Shown here: positions 19,824 through 30,168 of the stretch, in pieces
Position numbering within the stretch: the first letter of the stretch is position 1
How the letters are laid out: each line of letters starts with the position of its first letter
Sequence record: OQ067375.1
Origin: Escherichia phage a48
Direction: 5' to 3' (one strand)
DNA: 64,000 bases
The notes under the pieces: model-generated
The model's input: only the letters and a program-made list of their open reading frames with translations
Database searches by the model: none
Told to the model about the DNA's origin: nothing
Position numbers and translations under genes: made by a program

Positions 19824-21143
19824 TCACACATAAAATACGTCATAACGACCACGGGTAACACCAACATAAAGAAGTTGTTGAGCCAATTCAGCATCTGCAT
19901 AATGAATACAAGGCGTATAAATGAAAGCACGGTCTACAGACATACCCTGAGCTTTATGGAATGTTGATGCAGGAAGTGCTTTCACTTTACTAAACTGTGA
20001 TTTAGCATCCCAAAAATCACTCCACGGAGCTTTTCCGCCTTTGTTCCAATTTTTATAAGTTTCTGCCGTTTTACCTAAAAATAAGTTAAACTTATACAGC
20101 TCTTCATCAGATGAAATTATTTTAATCTTTTCACGATAATATTCGTCATCGCCGTAAGTTTCTACTGTTAAATCCCAATGACGAATTAGATATTCTCCAG
20201 AAACACCACGAGCTTTAACAAATGTTGATGTATACTCTGCTTCTATAATACGAACTAATTGTCCGTTATTAAAAATAATTTCTGACACAGGCTTTCCATC
20301 AATTTTATATGTTTTAATTAATGGTTCCTGCATTACAATAATTTCACCAACGATAAAATCTTTATCAGTTTCAAAAATCTTTTTGCGAATAATGCTATTT
20401 AACTTATCAACAGATTTATTCGTAAATGCCATTACGCGATTTTCAAACAAATCGTCTAGTGATTTTACGATTGAAAAATAATTTACCATAAAATCGCGTA
20501 AAGCGGTATCACCAGTAAATCCACGTACTCCATGCCCGTCAACAACTTTATCATAAATCCACTTACCGTTGCGAACATCAGTAGCTACATCAATAATAGG
20601 AGCATTACTGCGTTTAACTTCAGTGAGTTCACACTGATAAAAATCTTTATGTGTAAAGAATGGACTGATATAAGCAGTGTTTTCTCCTGGGTCAACAGGT
20701 CTAATTTGCTTATTATCGCCTATTCCAATTATAGTACACCAAGGTGGAATAGTTGAAAGCAGAATTTTAAATAGCTTTCTATCATACATTGACACTTCGT
20801 CGCAGATTAATACCCTGCATTTAGCTAAATCTGGTACTTCCTTCTGTTCAAAAAGAACGTTTTCTTCATACGTAACTGGGTTAATTTTAAGAATACTGTG
20901 AATAGTACTCGCTTCTTTCCCCGACAGTTTTGAAAGAATCTTTTTAGCTGCATGTGTAGGAGCTGCTAAAATAATACCAGTTTCACCCGTAGATATTAAA
21001 GCTTCAATGATGAACTTAGTAAGAGTAGTCTTACCAGTACCAGCAGGTCCATTAATAGTTACATGATGTTTCTTTTCTTTAATAGCCCTCATAACGATGT
21101 TAAAGGCATTTTTCTGGCCTTCTGTCAAATCATCAAATGTCAT
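19824..21143 (-). CDS. dda: DNA helicase Dda (SF1)
   Basis: 439 aa as T4 Dda; Walker A GPAGTGKT. Confidence 0.95.
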   Translation of the reverse strand: MTFDDLTEGQKNAFNIVMRAIKEKKHHVTINGPAGTGKTTLTKFIIEALISTGETGIILAAPTHAAKKILSKLSGKEASTIHSILKINPVTYEENVLFEQKEVPDLAKCRVLICDEVSMYDRKLFKILLSTIPPWCTIIGIGDNKQIRPVDPGENTAYISPFFTHKDFYQCELTEVKRSNAPIIDVATDVRNGKWIYDKVVDGHGVRGFTGDTALRDFMVNYFSIVKSLDDLFENRVMAFTNKSVDKLNSIIRKKIFETDKDFIVGEIIVMQEPLIKTYKIDGKPVSEIIFNNGQLVRIIEAEYTSTFVKARGVSGEYLIRHWDLTVETYGDDEYYREKIKIISSDEELYKFNLFLGKTAETYKNWNKGGKAPWSDFWDAKSQFSKVKALPASTFHKAQGMSVDRAFIYTPCIHYADAELAQQLLYVGVTRGRYDVFYV

Positions 21144-21451
21144 CGGAAAGTCCCTGCAATTGGAATACTAACAATACGCCCAGTATCTAGAATTCGTTGA
21201 TATAATCTTTGTGTATCTACATCAGGCTTAACATGTTTAACTTCTATTTTATTAAACCAAAACTTGCGTGGAGTCTCAACTAGTCTTGGAATTCCCATAC
21301 CTAAAGCTAGTTTATATTGGTCTTTGAGAGTAGTAAAAACTCTATCAGCAATCTCTCTTTCAAAAAACACAGCAGGACGATGTTCATCAAGTGGAACTGG
21401 CGCCGTAAATCCGTCTTTGTCTCGGTAAACTATCGCATACACATAAACCAT
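21140..21451 (-). CDS. dda.1: Dda.1-like protein (103 aa)
   Basis: Position; ATGA overlap with dda. Confidence 0.5.
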   Translation of the reverse strand: MVYVYAIVYRDKDGFTAPVPLDEHRPAVFFEREIADRVFTTLKDQYKLALGMGIPRLVETPRKFWFNKIEVKHVKPDVDTQRLYQRILDTGRIVSIPIAGTFR

Positions 21452-21452
21452 A

Positions 21453-22199
21453 TTATCCTCGGATAAGTTTAAAAATTGAACAATTTAGCGGGTATCCTCT
21501 TTTCAGTTTAAGTTTATCAATAAAAGACAAGTTTTGATACCGCTCTACACCTTGAATAATTTTATCACACATATCATATTGCATTTCTGCTTCTGACAAC
21601 TTTTTCACAATTTTCCAATCCGAGCCTTTAAGAAGAACGTTCAGTTTAACAACTTCAGCGCCTTCTGCTATGCGAGAACCATCAATACGAGCTTTAAGTG
21701 CTATAATTCTTAGCTTAATGTCAGAGGTCTGTTTTGATTTAGAAAGCTGAGAAATGTGTTCAATTCGATTTTCACGCTTTTTCTGTATAGCTTTAATTTG
21801 ATTATAAGTCTTTTTGATTTTAGCCCATTTCTTTTCATCTAAATTTAGTTTATGAACTTTTTTCGCAGATGAACGACCAATTCGCAAAGCAAATAAATCC
21901 CGTTTTTCAATCAACTCTTCTAAAGTATAATCAGAACGAAATGTATTATACTTTTTCTTTACTGCAATAACATTCCCTTTAATGTATCCAATGTTATTAT
22001 CAAAACGTTCTAATGATAATTTCTCTCCTTCAATACGATTATCAAAAGGTTCTCCTGAATAGGCACAAACTTTTTGATCTAAAATATTCTTAATGTAATT
22101 GAAGTCTAAGTTAAAATCTTTAGAACGTCTTTTTGCAGATGCCTGAGTGTGCTCTAAACGACGTTTAATTTTACGAATTTGATTATTAGACAGTTTCAT
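21453..22199 (-). CDS. Hypothetical K/R-rich protein (248 aa; position of T4 srd)
   Basis: Synteny only. Confidence 0.4.
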   Translation of the reverse strand: MKLSNNQIRKIKRRLEHTQASAKRRSKDFNLDFNYIKNILDQKVCAYSGEPFDNRIEGEKLSLERFDNNIGYIKGNVIAVKKKYNTFRSDYTLEELIEKRDLFALRIGRSSAKKVHKLNLDEKKWAKIKKTYNQIKAIQKKRENRIEHISQLSKSKQTSDIKLRIIALKARIDGSRIAEGAEVVKLNVLLKGSDWKIVKKLSEAEMQYDMCDKIIQGVERYQNLSFIDKLKLKRGYPLNCSIFKLIRG

Positions 22200-22234
22200 A
22201 TTTTTCTCACATCTTACGGACGATTGACTACTAT

Positions 22235-22264
22235 ACTATAACATTTTTACCTTGGCTTGTAAAC
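22235..22264 (-). promoter_or_regulatory. Early sigma70-type promoter (GTTTAC / TATAGT)
   Basis: Consensus elements. Confidence 0.5.
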
Positions 22265-22320
22265 AATTTTATGAAAAATGCTTCAAAAATTTCATGGTAT
22301 AATGAATCTAAGTCCTTCCA

Positions 22321-22923
22321 TTATAGATTAAATCCTTCAAAATCAAGAGTATAGATAGTGTATGTTGAATACTTTTTATACTCATATCTATCTGCAATTC
22401 TAAATACACTTCCAGCTGGTATCATTACTTCTTGTTCATCTGAAACTAATTCCATATTACGATAACGATGGCTATCCGGAAACTTAAAGTTTGGATTGTA
22501 TTCTTTACAGCGCAGAGCTTTTATAGCATACTCCTGGAAATTGAATACCATAGGAGCTTTGAATTCAAAAATAACTTGTGTGTTATACTCTAAACCGGAA
22601 GCAAAATGTAGAGCTATATTTTTATCATATGAAGCTGATACGACTTTATCAAATGTAATAATATCAATTCCTTGATTTAATACTTGTTTAGTCTCAGCTG
22701 GAACACCTCTCCAAAGAGGTTTATCGTTTGGTTCCAAACGAGATTTGATTATTTCATTTAACCAAGTATGGTCATCTGGTTTATTAGTAATACAATGAAT
22801 TAAAAGTTCAATTTCAGATAAATTAAACCCTTCAGAAAGTAATTCTTCACGAATAGAAGCACGCACCGATGCATCCATTGATTTTATTTTAAAATCTTTT
22901 AGTTGCATTACTGAGTATTTCAT
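22321..22923 (-). CDS. modA: ADP-ribosyltransferase ModA
   Basis: 200 aa as T4 ModA. Confidence 0.7.
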   Translation of the reverse strand: MKYSVMQLKDFKIKSMDASVRASIREELLSEGFNLSEIELLIHCITNKPDDHTWLNEIIKSRLEPNDKPLWRGVPAETKQVLNQGIDIITFDKVVSASYDKNIALHFASGLEYNTQVIFEFKAPMVFNFQEYAIKALRCKEYNPNFKFPDSHRYRNMELVSDEQEVMIPAGSVFRIADRYEYKKYSTYTIYTLDFEGFNL

Positions 22924-23543
22924 TCAACTACCTCAATATCATATACTTTAAATGTTCCAAATGAATCGTGTAATTTTTCTTTTGAAATAGAAGTTATTCT
23001 ATACTTTCCAATTGGAATCATCCATTCTTGTTCACGCACAATCATCATTAAGTTATCAGTACGCTCTGAATCTAATCCATCAGTATCTTCATACGTGTAC
23101 TTAAACTCAGTATTAGGAGAAGAAAGTATAATATCGCTGATATGGTCAGAATAATTAAAAGCTTTATTAGTTTTTAAGCGAAGTATTATTTTAGTAAAAT
23201 ATTCAGCGTAAGAAAAAGAACATGCTGTGAACAAACTAGTAGTAAATGAATCTACTCTATTCGTTGAAAACACTTCTCCAACTTGTAAATCTTTAATAAG
23301 TTCTTCTGTTGATTTTGATATACCACGATATAACTGATAAGGAGATTTAGTTAAATGCTTTTTAATGATTTTATTCAACTGCCTATGAAGAGCTTCATTC
23401 TTTTTGGCTTCCATACATTGCCAAAGAACTGACTGCTCAAAGTCAGTAAATTTTTCACAGACCTTTTTATACATATCATATTGAAAATCAACGCTTTCAG
23501 CTTTTATAGATAACTGTTCAACATCTGCAAGATTAATAATCAT
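22920..23543 (-). CDS. modB: ADP-ribosyltransferase ModB
   Basis: 207 aa as T4 ModB; adjacent to modA. Confidence 0.7.
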   Translation of the reverse strand: MIINLADVEQLSIKAESVDFQYDMYKKVCEKFTDFEQSVLWQCMEAKKNEALHRQLNKIIKKHLTKSPYQLYRGISKSTEELIKDLQVGEVFSTNRVDSFTTSLFTACSFSYAEYFTKIILRLKTNKAFNYSDHISDIILSSPNTEFKYTYEDTDGLDSERTDNLMMIVREQEWMIPIGKYRITSISKEKLHDSFGTFKVYDIEVVE

Positions 23544-23610
23544 GATAGCCTCCGTATACTTCAGAAGCTATCATATCATCGTTAGAAAGGAAAGTAAACA
23601 ACTTTTTGAA

Positions 23611-23793
23611 TTATTTTGCCCAAGGAGCCCAAGGCGGAGGGTCAAGATGGTATGAAGCTAGTTCTTCTAGAAGAGCATCTGGGGCTTCAATTCCATAATT
23701 CTGTAATACTATACGGTACTCTTTCTTATAATCACTAGAATCATTCTGGATATTCGTAGAATGATTATCTTCTAACATCTCAAATAAATCCAT
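23611..23793 (-). CDS. Hypothetical protein (60 aa)
   Basis: ORF in cluster. Confidence 0.4.
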   Translation of the reverse strand: MDLFEMLEDNHSTNIQNDSSDYKKEYRIVLQNYGIEAPDALLEELASYHLDPPPWAPWAK

Positions 23794-23801
23794 ACTAATT
23801 C

Positions 23802-24272
23802 CTAGCGATAAAAACCAAATTGACGATTAGCTTCAATAATCTTTCTTTCTTCTTCGGACATTCTCCAGCGTAGTCCAACATCAAAATGAGCCCAGACCAT
23901 CTTAACAAATGCATTTATATCTTTAATATCTTCAATAATGAATGTTTTACTTTTCGAAGGTTGACTCGCTAATTTAACTTTATCATCTTCAAACAGGTCA
24001 AAAAGACCATATTCATGAGCTCTTTTATAGCCTTTAATAGTTAAAGCTTCAGAAGAAGAAAACGGTGAATCAGTATTCTGCAAAATATCTTCAGTATGCT
24101 TTATAATTAGAATAACATTTTCTGGATATTTTCTTTCTTTTATATCTTCAATTAAAAAATCCGGATTTTCTGCTAAAGGAATAATTAATGAGCATTTTTT
24201 ACCAAGAGTATTTACTGATTTACCTTCTTTAGACATAAATTCTATTGAATAATGTTTTGCTACTTCAATCAT
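23802..24272 (-). CDS. Hypothetical protein (156 aa)
   Basis: ORF in cluster. Confidence 0.5.
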   Translation of the reverse strand: MIEVAKHYSIEFMSKEGKSVNTLGKKCSLIIPLAENPDFLIEDIKERKYPENVILIIKHTEDILQNTDSPFSSSEALTIKGYKRAHEYGLFDLFEDDKVKLASQPSKSKTFIIEDIKDINAFVKMVWAHFDVGLRWRMSEEERKIIEANRQFGFYR

Positions 24273-24425
24273 GCGATTTCCTTTTGCCTACTAATGGACC
24301 GTCAGGAATTTTGTTTTCCTGGATATATTTCTCATTTTCTTCCATCATTTTACTACCGATTTTAAGAAGCAAATCCATTGCTTCATTTGCTTTAGCTTTA
24401 GCCTCTTCTAATATCATATCTCTGT

Positions 24426-24629
24426 TCACGATTTATCCCCATAGATGTCTCTCATTAATTTAAGCGCTGAGCGTTCTAATTTCTTTTCTTTCTCAGCACT
24501 AATCATTGATTTCATCCATTCTTCCGATTCGTTCTGCATTTCTTTATTTGCTTGTTCAACCCAACCATCATCAATATACATCGAGTTTGGTCTATTGAAC
24601 CATTCAAGCATCTTCTTCAGAGCTTTCAT
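24426..24629 (-). CDS. Hypothetical protein (67 aa)
   Basis: ORF in cluster. Confidence 0.4.
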   Translation of the reverse strand: MKALKKMLEWFNRPNSMYIDDGWVEQANKEMQNESEEWMKSMISAEKEKKLERSALKLMRDIYGDKS

Positions 24630-25101
24630 TTGTTTTACCTAAAACAACAGTAGGAGCATCATCAAATTCATGAATTTTGAGCAAATTTGGATGTAAACTA
24701 TTCCATACAGAAGAAATAAAGTATGATAAAGCATCTTCACTCGCAATTATAAATTTATTTCCTTTATCTATTTTCCAACTATATACTGAATCGTACGAAT
24801 AAAAAGATAAAGGTTTATTATTATATTGTTCTGCGCTAACATTAATGTATTCTGATTTAGTAAATGCTTCAATTGCTCTAAACGGAATATTTGGTACAGT
24901 TTCAATAATACCAATCTTTTTAAGTTTTATTTCAGCATCTTCTGGAACTGGCATTGAAACGAAATTTTCTACGAGATACATTGGGTCACAATAACCCTTA
25001 TCAATCATTACTGCTACGGTAATTGGAACGTCTTTAGCAAACGACAAACTATTACTGCTAATATACATTTCAAACAAAATCGCTTCCATAATTTTCCTCA
25101 A
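24604..25101 (-). CDS. Hypothetical protein (165 aa)
   Basis: ORF in cluster. Confidence 0.5.
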   Translation of the reverse strand: MRKIMEAILFEMYISSNSLSFAKDVPITVAVMIDKGYCDPMYLVENFVSMPVPEDAEIKLKKIGIIETVPNIPFRAIEAFTKSEYINVSAEQYNNKPLSFYSYDSVYSWKIDKGNKFIIASEDALSYFISSVWNSLHPNLLKIHEFDDAPTVVLGKTNESSEEDA

Positions 25102-25439
25102 TCACAAGATGTAGATGAACAACTAGAATCACAAGAACTTCCACATGAATCGCCCGTCCATACATGAACAGGAACATTAGTATCATATGAATCAGAACTA
25201 GACTGTGTATTCTGTGTGTTAGATGATGCAGTAGGTGTTGACCAGCGCCAAGGATTTTTATAATATTCTTGGGCTTCTTCATAAGTCATAGTAACTGCTT
25301 CTACTGTTCCATCTCCCATATAAACATATTCAACTACAGTTAAAGGAAGGTAGTCATTTGAAATAGGAACTACACCTTCTCCAGGAGTCGTAGAGAAAAA
25401 ATCCGTAAAGAAACTTTTAAACCAATTAAAGATAAACAT
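25098..25439 (-). CDS. Hypothetical protein with Cys/Ser-rich C-terminal tail (113 aa)
   Basis: C-terminus [17 protein letters not shown]. Confidence 0.45.
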   Translation of the reverse strand: MFIFNWFKSFFTDFFSTTPGEGVVPISNDYLPLTVVEYVYMGDGTVEAVTMTYEEAQEYYKNPWRWSTPTASSNTQNTQSSSDSYDTNVPVHVWTGDSCGSSCDSSCSSTSCD

Positions 25440-25645
25440 TACAAAAAGCCTCTCTTGAATTCGACTTGCTTCTCACCATAATCATATCGAATTTCTGCAT
25501 TAAATTCGACAGAACCATCTGCGTACATCATAAATGAATGCACAACAACTTCTGTAGACCATGGTTGCAGTTCATATTTCTTCATTACATGCCGTGAAAT
25601 GATAATATCTAAATCTTCATTTGGTTTAATCCAACGATTTAACAT
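25439..25645 (-). CDS. Hypothetical protein (68 aa)
   Basis: ORF downstream of promoter. Confidence 0.4.
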   Translation of the reverse strand: MLNRWIKPNEDLDIIISRHVMKKYELQPWSTEVVVHSFMMYADGSVEFNAEIRYDYGEKQVEFKRGFL

Positions 25646-25671
25646 AGTGCTCTCCTCTATAAGATAATTCT

Positions 25672-25701
25672 ATTATACCATACTCGTTTTGGAAAGTAAA
25701 C
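25672..25701 (-). promoter_or_regulatory. Early sigma70-type promoter (GTTTAC / TATAAT)
   Basis: Consensus elements. Confidence 0.55.
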
Positions 25702-25716
25702 CATTTAAATGAAAAA

Positions 25717-25736
25717 AGGACTCCCGAAGGAGTCCT
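25717..25736 (-). terminator. Intrinsic terminator after soc (UUCG hairpin)
   Basis: AGGACTCC-CGAA-GGAGTCCT followed by T-run on - strand. Confidence 0.6.
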
Positions 25737-25741
25737 TGAAT

Positions 25742-25987
25742 TTATTCACCAGTTACTTTCCACAAATCTTCATTTGCAGCAATCCATTCAGTACGTTGAT
25801 TTTCTTCATATACTGTAGAATAGGCTGCTTTTTCTGAAGGGAATGTCTGATAATGAGCACCAGAAATTTTGTGAACGTCAGAATAAAGAGGGAAAGCTAC
25901 AGAAATTTCCTTTCCTTCAATTTTCTTATTTCCATCTAATTTTTGCTCAAATGTTTTAATATTAACATAACCGCGAGTACTAGCCAT
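25742..25987 (-). CDS. soc: Small outer capsid protein Soc
   Basis: 81 aa; SD AAAGGAG; late promoter upstream. Confidence 0.85.
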   Translation of the reverse strand: MASTRGYVNIKTFEQKLDGNKKIEGKEISVAFPLYSDVHKISGAHYQTFPSEKAAYSTVYEENQRTEWIAANEDLWKVTGE

Positions 25988-26003
25988 GTAATTCTCCTTT
26001 TAT

Positions 26004-26213
26004 TTAAATTACATGATTATTTATAATAAATTCTCGCGGAACGTTAAAATACCCGATTTTAGTTAATATAACAACATCGCCGTTAATAATTACCGGAGAA
26101 TAATCTTCTGGAGCATTAAATTTCCAATGGGCTCTAATATTATATCCATCAGAACCAAATGCTCGAGTAGCTGGTCTCCCAGCTTTTTGCCATGCGTAGA
26201 AATCAAATTTCAT
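26004..26213 (-). CDS. Hypothetical protein (69 aa)
   Basis: Between soc and 56. Confidence 0.4.
   Translation of the reverse strand: MKFDFYAWQKAGRPATRAFGSDGYNIRAHWKFNAPEDYSPVIINGDVVILTKIGYFNVPREFIINNHVI
26018..26025 (-). promoter_or_regulatory. Late promoter TATAAATA
   Basis: Exact TATAAATA on - strand about 30 nt upstream of soc ATG. Confidence 0.5.
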
Positions 26214-26404
26214 TTTGAATGCTCTATAATTAATTTTAAAGCTTCTTCACTGACAAAAATTTCGTCAGGACCTTCTATAACTTCAACCATACGAAGTTGA
26301 TTAGTTAAGAGCTCACATACGAGCTCCTTGTTATAATCTTTAAATAGCTGGTCAATACGTTTCTTATGGGCTTTCTTAAGCTGACGCTTATTTAAACGAG
26401 CCAT
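26210..26404 (-). CDS. Hypothetical protein (64 aa)
   Basis: Between soc and 56. Confidence 0.4.
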   Translation of the reverse strand: MARLNKRQLKKAHKKRIDQLFKDYNKELVCELLTNQLRMVEVIEGPDEIFVSEEALKLIIEHSK

Positions 26405-26922
26405 TAATAACCTCGGTCTTGACGAGCGAAGTTTTCAGCATTTTTCAGGTAATAAAGTTTAAAGATTTCTTCAGCTGACATTCCAAGAGCAATAAATTTA
26501 TTCATGAAAAAGTGAAATTGGTCAATCAGTTCAAATTTAATTTCAAGCTGATCTTCAGGAGATAAATCTTGAATTTTCTTGGATTGCATTTCAGAATAAC
26601 GTTTCTTCCAAGGTTTCCATACAGCAGAAGCTTCTTTTTCACCATTACTCATACCACCAAGAGAAGTATATAGTTCGCGAGTTTCATCTGCGATATAATC
26701 GTCTTGGTTTCGCAACCAAGCAAGAACTTCTCCTGCGGTTTCAAGTGAATCAGGATGACGATTTGTTTCTGGTTTATCATTAGCCAAACGAATCTGTAAA
26801 TGCCGCTGCATATCAAGCATAACCTGCAGTGGGTCAATATTGTGCATAATATTCTCAGCATATGCACGATTTGCTTTATCAACACCTTCGATCAAATGAG
26901 CACATTCATTAAAGTAAGCCAT
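26404..26922 (-). CDS. 56: dCTP pyrophosphatase gp56 (MazG-like)
   Basis: 172 aa from first ATG with SD; track N-terminal extension starts at GTG. Confidence 0.75.
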   Translation of the reverse strand: MAYFNECAHLIEGVDKANRAYAENIMHNIDPLQVMLDMQRHLQIRLANDKPETNRHPDSLETAGEVLAWLRNQDDYIADETRELYTSLGGMSNGEKEASAVWKPWKKRYSEMQSKKIQDLSPEDQLEIKFELIDQFHFFMNKFIALGMSAEEIFKLYYLKNAENFARQDRGY

Positions 26923-27189
26923 TATTTTTCCTTTCAATTCATGGGTTAGTAGATTAATTATACAATAAATATATAAAGCAATAAGGAGGACATATGGTAC
27001 AAAAATTAATGGCACTTGTTAATGCCATAAAAGGTAATAAAAACGTATAGCTTTTACTATTTCTGCTATGGTAGGAATTTTACTCTGGAACTTTATTCTA
27101 TCACCTGTTGCAATTGCGCATGGTATTAATATTCCAGTAGTTACTCTTGATACATTTGTAGATTTAGCATTTGCTTTAGTTGGGTTGAT

Positions 27190-28218
27190 TTAAATCTTAG
27201 CATATTTAGATAGCCGCATTTTAGCCATCAACCCCTGGGCAATATTATTTTTCATATATTCCATAATTTGTTCAGGGGTTGCACCTTCCTTTCTAATCAT
27301 ATCATTGACATCTTTTGATTTCCAGGGAGATTTATCCCAAAACATAACCCTTTCTCCTGCATCAACTAATTTAGTCATTCGTTTGATAGTGTCAGGGTGA
27401 CGAGGTTCATTATCTAAAACCCACACTCGTCTATCTTTAAATGGAACAACTTCTAGGTCTAATTGACCACCTGTAATAGCTATACCATTTTCAATAAAAA
27501 GTGAATCTATAGGTCCTTCTAGAACATATACATCACCATCTTTAACTCGTTCAACACCGTAAATTTTTGTTGCCTCAGGATAAGCTTTAATGGTGATATA
27601 TTTTTGAGGAGCATCTTTCTTTAATGCACGTCCTTGAAAAGACTCAGCTTTTCCATTAGCATTATAAATTGGAATAACAAGACGAGGCTCAGAAATTTCC
27701 TTTTTGTATGTTCCCGGTGCTATACTATTAACTAATTTAGGCCATTCGGTTGTAAACCAAAGATATTTCCATTTATCCTTTGGAATACAACGAGCTTTTA
27801 CATATTTTATAATTGGATGGTCTTCCGCCAGTTTATCTAATCTAATGCATGACGGAAGAGATTTAATTATTTTCTTCTCAGGTTGTTTAGGAAGTTCTTT
27901 AGGTTTTTCTACTGGACGACTTTTACCTTTTTCTTTTCTTATTTCAAAGATATACTCACGATATAAATCAGGTTCAAACTCCTTTAAATATATTCCGATT
28001 GGTGCATGATAGTTACAGTTATAACAATGAATATTTCCTTCATTATTATCACCATAATACCATCCACGGGCTTTATTTTGGTCGGTTTTTGAATCTCCAC
28101 AAACAGGGCATCTAAACCGTAATTTAAAAGTTGAACTATTATTTACTTGTGTGAATTTAGGTAAATGAGCTAGCGCCCGGTATGCAAACTCATTATCAAT
28201 CCAAGGTATTGATGACAT
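27190..28218 (-). CDS. 61: DNA primase gp61
   Basis: 342 aa; N-terminal zinc-ribbon CPVCGD...CYNC. Confidence 0.95.
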   Translation of the reverse strand: MSSIPWIDNEFAYRALAHLPKFTQVNNSSTFKLRFRCPVCGDSKTDQNKARGWYYGDNNEGNIHCYNCNYHAPIGIYLKEFEPDLYREYIFEIRKEKGKSRPVEKPKELPKQPEKKIIKSLPSCIRLDKLAEDHPIIKYVKARCIPKDKWKYLWFTTEWPKLVNSIAPGTYKKEISEPRLVIPIYNANGKAESFQGRALKKDAPQKYITIKAYPEATKIYGVERVKDGDVYVLEGPIDSLFIENGIAITGGQLDLEVVPFKDRRVWVLDNEPRHPDTIKRMTKLVDAGERVMFWDKSPWKSKDVNDMIRKEGATPEQIMEYMKNNIAQGLMAKMRLSKYAKI

Positions 28219-28220
28219 TT

Positions 28221-28385
28221 TTACTCTTCTTTTTCTTTAGATTCCTCTTTTTTCTTTTTAGGAATCTGTTCAGGACCTTTATTTACTACAGCGCCTGACG
28301 TTGTTCCAGTAGAGATATTTTCAGGATTACCACCTGAATCTCCAGCGACCATATCTTCTTTGATAAATTCTTTAAACGTTTTCAT
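28221..28385 (-). CDS. Small protein (54 aa, sub-threshold)
   Basis: Verified open frame; SD GAGGT. Confidence 0.4.
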   Translation of the reverse strand: MKTFKEFIKEDMVAGDSGGNPENISTGTTSGAVVNKGPEQIPKKKKEESKEKEE

Positions 28386-28386
28386 A

Positions 28387-29013
28387 TTAACCTCTATTCA
28401 TAAAAGCATTAAAAATTTGGTCATCAATAGAAACATTCACTTTAGACTGTTTTTCTGATGGTAATTCATATCCACATATTACAATTTTATGATCAATATC
28501 AAAATACACAGAAGCAATATGATTAATGATGTTTTCAGTAAAGTCTAAATCAACATCAATATCTTTTTGACCACAGCCCAAAGGATAAATAATGCGAGTA
28601 ATTCGATTATCTTTAACAAAGATTCCACCGATATACTCTGTGCTGCGTTCAAAGTCTACACGCCGACGAAATGAAAAATATTCAGGCTCTTTATGAGCTC
28701 GGCTCATAGGACACAACGAGTAACTAGAATAAGAGATGTCAAATCCTACGCCTTCAATATGAGCCAAATTATCATGATTAAACCAATTATAATCGTACGC
28801 CAAGTCCATTAGATTATAATATGTGAAAGGCACCGGATTAACATCACTAGTCGCAAGCATGTAATTAGCAACTGCTATAATTTCGTTGTTTTTAACGAAT
28901 ACAAACCGCGATTGATGCGAATGACCTGGACCTGCGCTTTCACGATTAATGATATAACACTGGGCACCTTTATATTTGTACGTGTCTTTGCACTTGTGCA
29001 TTTGATAAAGCAT
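28387..29013 (-). CDS. Hypothetical protein (208 aa)
   Basis: ORF between 61 and sp. Confidence 0.5.
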   Translation of the reverse strand: MLYQMHKCKDTYKYKGAQCYIINRESAGPGHSHQSRFVFVKNNEIIAVANYMLATSDVNPVPFTYYNLMDLAYDYNWFNHDNLAHIEGVGFDISYSSYSLCPMSRAHKEPEYFSFRRRVDFERSTEYIGGIFVKDNRITRIIYPLGCGQKDIDVDLDFTENIINHIASVYFDIDHKIVICGYELPSEKQSKVNVSIDDQIFNAFMNRG

Positions 29014-29306
29014 TATTCACCTACCACTTCAGCGATGATATTTTTATTATTGAAGTTTTTATCGCAATACAAAACATAATTATACTGCATTACACCACCA
29101 GACTTAAGCTGTTTTTGTACTTCAGCTTTCATTTCAGGACGATCACGCTCAACGATATTCATAATATCCGCTTCAATTTGAGTTTCAACCTCAGTCTGAT
29201 CTGCAGTCATAGACCACTCACACAAATCTTTATCATAACCTGCCATAGCAGGCTGAGCAGTACAAGAAGCCAAAGCAAAAATTGCAGCAAAAACAAATTT
29301 TTTCAT
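29013..29306 (-). CDS. sp: Spackle periplasmic superinfection-exclusion protein
   Basis: 97 aa with signal peptide; matches recalled T4 Sp. Confidence 0.7.
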   Translation of the reverse strand: MKKFVFAAIFALASCTAQPAMAGYDKDLCEWSMTADQTEVETQIEADIMNIVERDRPEMKAEVQKQLKSGGVMQYNYVLYCDKNFNNKNIIAEVVGE

Positions 29307-29364
29307 GATAATCTCCTCAGTAGTTTATGTTTATAATAGTATCTCAATTTCCAACAAAAGTAAA

Positions 29365-29619
29365 CTATTTTATTTCCTCAAGTTCGTTAATCAATAAAAG
29401 TTCTCTGACGCTAAAAACAAAGAAAAATGTGTTCCCATCAACCAGAGCATGACCGCTAATAGAACACCCTCTGCGGAATTTAGAAACTTCACAATCTAGA
29501 ACTGTAAAGGGTTTTAATCCTATGACTTTAGCTGTGCGTCTATTCAGTTCACAACCACTTGCGAATTTTTCCAAATCTTCTTCTGATTTAAACTGATATT
29601 CTCTATTAACTAGCATCAT
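29365..29619 (-). CDS. Hypothetical protein (84 aa)
   Basis: ORF downstream of promoter. Confidence 0.4.
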   Translation of the reverse strand: MMLVNREYQFKSEEDLEKFASGCELNRRTAKVIGLKPFTVLDCEVSKFRRGCSISGHALVDGNTFFFVFSVRELLLINELEEIK

Positions 29620-29650
29620 TTTCTTTTCTCCGCGATTAGCTGATAGAATT

Positions 29651-29680
29651 ACTATAACACAACTCTATCAGCTTGTAAAC
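29651..29680 (-). promoter_or_regulatory. Early sigma70-type promoter (GTTTAC / TATAGT)
   Basis: Consensus elements. Confidence 0.5.
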
Positions 29681-29682
29681 TA

Positions 29683-29925
29683 CTATTTTACTAGCATCAA
29701 TAACTGTTTCTCTAGCTTAACGATCTTACGAAAGTATCTTTTGCATTGACGAATCTGCCGTTTCGTAGGACGTACAACAAACTTAATAAATTCCACTCGA
29801 CCAAATGGAGGGCTTTCTTCTGCTGGAATATCTAACACCAATTCCCATGTATCCGCAATAAGTGCTTTGAATTGAGTATTTTTCCTGACGTTATACGGAG
29901 TAGGTTTAAATAAAACAATATGCAT
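29683..29925 (-). CDS. Hypothetical protein (80 aa)
   Basis: ORF in cluster. Confidence 0.4.
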   Translation of the reverse strand: MHIVLFKPTPYNVRKNTQFKALIADTWELVLDIPAEESPPFGRVEFIKFVVRPTKRQIRQCKRYFRKIVKLEKQLLMLVK

Positions 29926-29926
29926 A

Positions 29927-30109
29927 TTATCCTCGGCAATCTACTTCACATACTTTCTTGTCATCAATGAAAGCTTTAACTAATGCTTTATTAACTTCAG
30001 CATATTGAGTAGTAGCCCATTGAACGTCATCTTTCATCATTGTGATTTCTTTAGTAAACATGCTTTCATTCTTAAACCACCCCATAAAAACTACCTTTAC
30101 TAATTCCAT
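29927..30109 (-). CDS. dmd: Dmd antitoxin (inhibitor of host RnlA/LsoA)
   Basis: 60 aa, adjacent to gene 41 as in T4. Confidence 0.65.
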   Translation of the reverse strand: MELVKVVFMGWFKNESMFTKEITMMKDDVQWATTQYAEVNKALVKAFIDDKKVCEVDCRG

Positions 30110-30138
30110 AACAATCTCCTCATTTAACCAACAAGACT

Positions 30139-30168
30139 ACTATACCATAGTCTTGTCAGCTTGTAAAC
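30139..30168 (-). promoter_or_regulatory. Early sigma70-type promoter (GTTTAC / TATAGT)
   Basis: Consensus elements upstream of dmd. Confidence 0.5.

Noticed and set aside
26404-27015. 203-aa ORF giving gp56 a hydrophobic N-terminal extension
   Set aside because: The extension begins at GTG and lacks an SD; the ATG at 26922 has an SD and yields the expected 172-aa dCTPase
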